A DNA stretch of 64,000 nucleotides from Spirulina sp. (GTDB lineage: Bacteria > Cyanobacteriota > Cyanobacteriia > Phormidesmidales > Phormidesmidaceae), in the NCBI GenBank assembly GCA_044070495.1, contig JBIPSI010000013.1:64001-128000 (forward strand), given 5' to 3'. Positions within the stretch are counted from its first letter, which is position 1. Each line of letters starts with the position of its first letter. The notes below the pieces were generated by a model. It saw only the letters and a program-made list of their open reading frames with translations. It was not told the DNA's origin and did not search any database. Made by a program: the position numbers and the translations under genes. Shown here piece after piece: positions 60,858 to 64,000 of this stretch.

Positions 60858-61976
60858 ATGAACGGCAACTTACGGGTCGGGAATCTATTTGGTATTCCCT
60901 TTTATGTGAATGTGTCTTGGTTTTTGGTGTTGCTGCTGGTGACTTGGCAGTACGGCAGCGGTCTAGCCGCCGCGTTTCCCACCTTAGGTGGGACATTGCC
61001 CTGGGTGCTGGGGCTAGGTTCGGCGCTGATGCTGTTTGCCTCGGTGTTGGCCCACGAACTGGGGCATAGCTTTGCCGCAAGGCAGCAGGGCATTGATGTG
61101 AACTCGATCACACTGTTTTTGTTTGGAGGGTTGGCCGCGCTAGAGAAGGAATCTGAAACCCCAAAAGGCGCGTTTCAGGTGGCCATCGCTGGCCCGCTGG
61201 TGAGCTTTGCCCTCTTTGGTCTGTTCTCTGTGGCGGGTCTGGCCTTGCCCCTCCCTGGCCCGATGGCCGGAATCGTCGGCCTCTTGGCCTATATCAACCT
61301 AGCCCTGGGAGCCTTTAACCTGATCCCCGGTTTGCCCTTGGATGGCGGCAATGTGCTGAAGGCGGCTGTCTGGAAAATTACCGGACAACCCCACAAGGGT
61401 CTGGTGTTTGCCAGCCGCGTGGGCCAACTGCTGGGCTGGACGGCGATTGCGGTCGGTGGGGCCTCGGTTTTAAGCCTTAGCTCCGTGGGCAGTGTTTGGA
61501 CGCTGTTGATTGGTCTGTTTTTGCTGCAAAATGCTAACCGCACAGCGCAGTTTGGCGCAGTGCAAGGTCGCCTCACGGGCCTTACCGCCGCCGATGCCGT
61601 AGCGCAGGACAGCCCCATCATCGAAGCGAACGCTTCCCTACGAGAGTTTGCCGATCATGTGCTGCTAGCGGCTCCTTCGGCCTGGCGCAAGTTCCTGGTG
61701 GCCGATGAAACCGGGCTGCTGGTAGGCACGGTGCTGGTGGATGCCCTAAAGCAGGTGCCCCGCGACCAGTGGGACACCACCACCGTGGCGGACATCATGG
61801 AATCAGCGGGAGACATTCTCACGGTGGGGGTAGAGCAACCGTTGATGGAGGTGGTCAAGACCCTGGAAACCCGCCAAATCAACGCCCTAGCGGTGATTGA
61901 TAACAATGGGTCGCTGGCGGGTCTGCTAGAGAAGCGCTCGATTCAGGCGCTACTACAATCGCCCCAGGCGGCTTAA
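60858..61976 (+). CDS. Site-2 protease (M50) with CBS domains
   Basis: HELGH, FNLIPGLPLDGG, C-terminal CBS pair. Confidence 0.94.
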   Translation: MNGNLRVGNLFGIPFYVNVSWFLVLLLVTWQYGSGLAAAFPTLGGTLPWVLGLGSALMLFASVLAHELGHSFAARQQGIDVNSITLFLFGGLAALEKESETPKGAFQVAIAGPLVSFALFGLFSVAGLALPLPGPMAGIVGLLAYINLALGAFNLIPGLPLDGGNVLKAAVWKITGQPHKGLVFASRVGQLLGWTAIAVGGASVLSLSSVGSVWTLLIGLFLLQNANRTAQFGAVQGRLTGLTAADAVAQDSPIIEANASLREFADHVLLAAPSAWRKFLVADETGLLVGTVLVDALKQVPRDQWDTTTVADIMESAGDILTVGVEQPLMEVVKTLETRQINALAVIDNNGSLAGLLEKRSIQALLQSPQAA

Positions 61977-62125
61977 CTTTGGCTAGATGCTCACTAACTC
62001 AAACGCAGATCAGATTTCTCTGGTCTGCGTTTTTGCGATCAATCTCGTTTTTGCGATCAATCTGCTGATGTAAAGCTTCTCCTGATTCCCTACGATGGTT
62101 CTATAACAGCTCGGCTCTGGCAGTA

Positions 62126-62146
62126 GTAGGGTGGGCACTGCCCACC
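62126..62146 (+). repeat. GTAG-REP copy
   Basis: GTAGGGTGGGCACTGCCCACC identical to 2521, 2558, 22637 and 36226. Confidence 0.9.
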
Positions 62147-62264
62147 ATGGACTAAAGCGACGGCAGGGGTGGTGGTGGGCGATGCCCATCATTCACTTTT
62201 AGATAACCGAGATACTCGTTTTATACAGGGACAACCCACCATCCTTACTTCCCTAGGTGCAGTG

Positions 62265-62477
62265 CTAAGCGACCTTCGCAAACTTAGCCCGTAACCCAAT
62301 CACCGTTAGCCCAACAACTTCCTGGGTTGCTTCGTCATAGCGAAGTACAACCCCATCGCCAATATCAACTCCAACGGCTGGACGAGGTTTACCCACCGAT
62401 AGATATAAGACATCTGCTTCATCGTCGTAATCCCAGTTAGCTTGATTGGATGCTTGTAGAATTTTCAGCGTGTCCAT
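62265..62477 (-). CDS. DUF2283 domain protein (putative antitoxin)
   Basis: YDDEADVLYL..GVVLRYD..VVGLTVIG. Confidence 0.85.
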   Translation of the reverse strand: MDTLKILQASNQANWDYDDEADVLYLSVGKPRPAVGVDIGDGVVLRYDEATQEVVGLTVIGLRAKFAKVA

Positions 62478-62620
62478 AAAACCTCTCTTTGTTGCGACGG
62501 GCGACGGGTCAGTTAATCCGTCAACACAAAACCATCAGTAGCCTTGATTTCTCGGTAGGCGACCACAACATATTTGCGCCCTAGCTGGGTTACCTCAGAC
62601 AGCCGAATAGCCAGCAATTT
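62465..62620 (-). pseudogene. Truncated partner gene of DUF2283 with internal stop
   Basis: KLLAIRLSEVTQLGRKYVVVAYREIKATDGFVLTD*LTRRPSQQREVLWTR*, overlaps the DUF2283 start; 5' half missing. Confidence 0.65.
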
Positions 62621-62629
62621 CGGTTGTGT

Positions 62630-62923
62630 CTAGGTTGATTTATGCAGCAAAGCAGCCTGCTTCTGAGATTCGGCATAGATCCTGAGAGCCGCTGCCATAT
62701 GTTGCTCTGCGCCTTCTCCTTGAGATTGAAACCAGTTTAAGGTTTCTACATCAATGGGTACAGTCACCATAGAAACCGTTGATTGAGGCATTCTTAGCTT
62801 TGCCTTAGCAAAAAACGCTTCATCCAGCGGTGGAATGTCTGACGTGTCAATGTCGTCATCGGTCATTGCATCAATTCTGGCCCAGTCGGTCTTGGAGGTA
62901 TTGTTCATAGCGCTTTCGTTCAT
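62630..62923 (-). CDS. BrnA-like antitoxin
   Basis: TDWARIDAMTDDDIDTSDIPPLD..LNWFQSQG; overlaps brnT. Confidence 0.82.
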   Translation of the reverse strand: MNESAMNNTSKTDWARIDAMTDDDIDTSDIPPLDEAFFAKAKLRMPQSTVSMVTVPIDVETLNWFQSQGEGAEQHMAAALRIYAESQKQAALLHKST

Positions 62924-63164
62924 GGGAGAGTGCCTTTCTTAGGGAAATGACACGAATGGTATTTACCGCTGGCTCTGTAAATATGATCACGATAACGCGA
63001 CCATCCAGCCAGCCGATGCTCATCCATCGGTCTTCACCATAATCATCGCGCTCATCTAGATCGATCAACAACGGCAAGTCAAAGATTCGATATGCGTCTG
63101 CAAAGTCGAAGCCATGCTTGCCGATGTTGGTTTCATTCTTGCGGTCATCCCACTCAAACTGCAT
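62871..63164 (-). CDS. brnT: BrnT family toxin
   Basis: FEWDDRKNETNIGKHGFDF..DYGEDR..IRVISLRKA. Confidence 0.92.
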   Translation of the reverse strand: MQFEWDDRKNETNIGKHGFDFADAYRIFDLPLLIDLDERDDYGEDRWMSIGWLDGRVIVIIFTEPAVNTIRVISLRKALSHERKRYEQYLQDRLGQN

Positions 63165-63176
63165 AGGCGGCTCAGG

Positions 63177-64000
63177 TTAGGGCAGTTCGGTACGCCCCAT
63201 CAGGTAACGGTCGCATTCCCGCGCTGCGCCACGACCCTCGTTGATGGCCCACACCACCAGGCTTTGGCCTCGGCGGCAATCCCCCGCCGCAAAGACTCCA
63301 GGAATCGAGGTGGTGTATTGCTCATGCTGGGCTTTGACGTTGCTGCGGGCGTCTTTTTCCAGACCCAGGGCATCGATGAGGGGCTGTTCTGGGCCGAGGA
63401 ATCCCATCGCCAGCAGCACCAACTGGGCGGGCACCACCTTTTCAGTACCGGGGATTTGCTGGGGTACAAAGCGCCCGTTTTCATCCTTGGCCCACTGAAT
63501 TTGCACGGTGTGGACAGCCTTCACATGGCCATTTTCATCGCCCTCAAACTTGGTGGCGGTGGTCAGGTAGGTGCGGGGATCGGCCCCAAATTGGGCGGCG
63601 GCTTCCTCTTGGCCATAGTCCATCTTGTAGACCTTGGGCCATTCGGGCCAGGGGTTGTTGGCGGCGCGGGTATCTGGTGGCTGGGGCATAATTTCCACCT
63701 GGGTAACGCTGGCGCAGCCGTGGCGAATCGAAGTCCCCACGCAGTCTGTCCCGGTGTCGCCGCCGCCGATGATCACCACATCCTTACCCGCCGCCGAAAT
63801 AAAGCCGGGGGTGGGCTGGCCATCCAGGACGGTACGGGTATTTTCGGTGAGGAATTCCATGGCAAAGTGGATGCCTTGGAGGTCGCGCCCTTCGATGGGC
63901 AGGTCTCGCGGCTTGGTAGAACCCGTGCAGAGCAGCACCGCGTCAAAGTCCTGCATCAGGGTTTCGGCGGCGATGTCTTTGCCCACTTCGGTATTGCACA
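63177..64000 (-). CDS. gltD: Glutamate synthase small subunit, 3' part
   Basis: [29 protein letters not shown]; 5' end outside window. Confidence 0.95.
   Translation of the reverse strand, partial: CNTEVGKDIAAETLMQDFDAVLLCTGSTKPRDLPIEGRDLQGIHFAMEFLTENTRTVLDGQPTPGFISAAGKDVVIIGGGDTGTDCVGTSIRHGCASVTQVEIMPQPPDTRAANNPWPEWPKVYKMDYGQEEAAAQFGADPRTYLTTATKFEGDENGHVKAVHTVQIQWAKDENGRFVPQQIPGTEKVVPAQLVLLAMGFLGPEQPLIDALGLEKDARSNVKAQHEQYTTSIPGVFAAGDCRRGQSLVVWAINEGRGAARECDRYLMGRTELP

Overview
GC-rich cyanobacterial chromosomal segment; gene content suggests a filamentous Leptolyngbya/Nodosilinea-like host (inference). Most of it is housekeeping or common cyanobacterial genes: xdhAB, cobS, ictB, dacB, a cobalamin-riboswitch btuB-btuF-cpdA-btuC operon, a STAND-WD40 protein, baeRF3, mntCAB, the ssaD-ogdA TCA shunt, a lone ccmK, psaK, ftsQZ-thiD, rpsN, a dynamin-like GTPase, desB, por, brnTA and gltD (truncated by the window edge). 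Intergenic regions are dense with REP-like palindromes, heptamer repeats and at least three MITE families, some nested. The best candidate for an undescribed system is an AT-rich island at about 5.3-11.3 kb. It encodes a radical SAM/SPASM-like enzyme, a class III aminotransferase, and an Fe-S aldo/keto-reductase-fold protein whose catalytic tetrad is degenerate; the last two share an Ig-like accessory domain. The island is bracketed by the same two MITE families, in the same order, as a second AT-rich insert at 38.7-39.3 kb. Other leads are an NtcA promoter with an attenuator-like leader on xdhAB, a long B12 riboswitch leader containing a small ORF, and apparent absence of HIP1/CGATCG. All calls come from reading motifs by eye; no searches were run.
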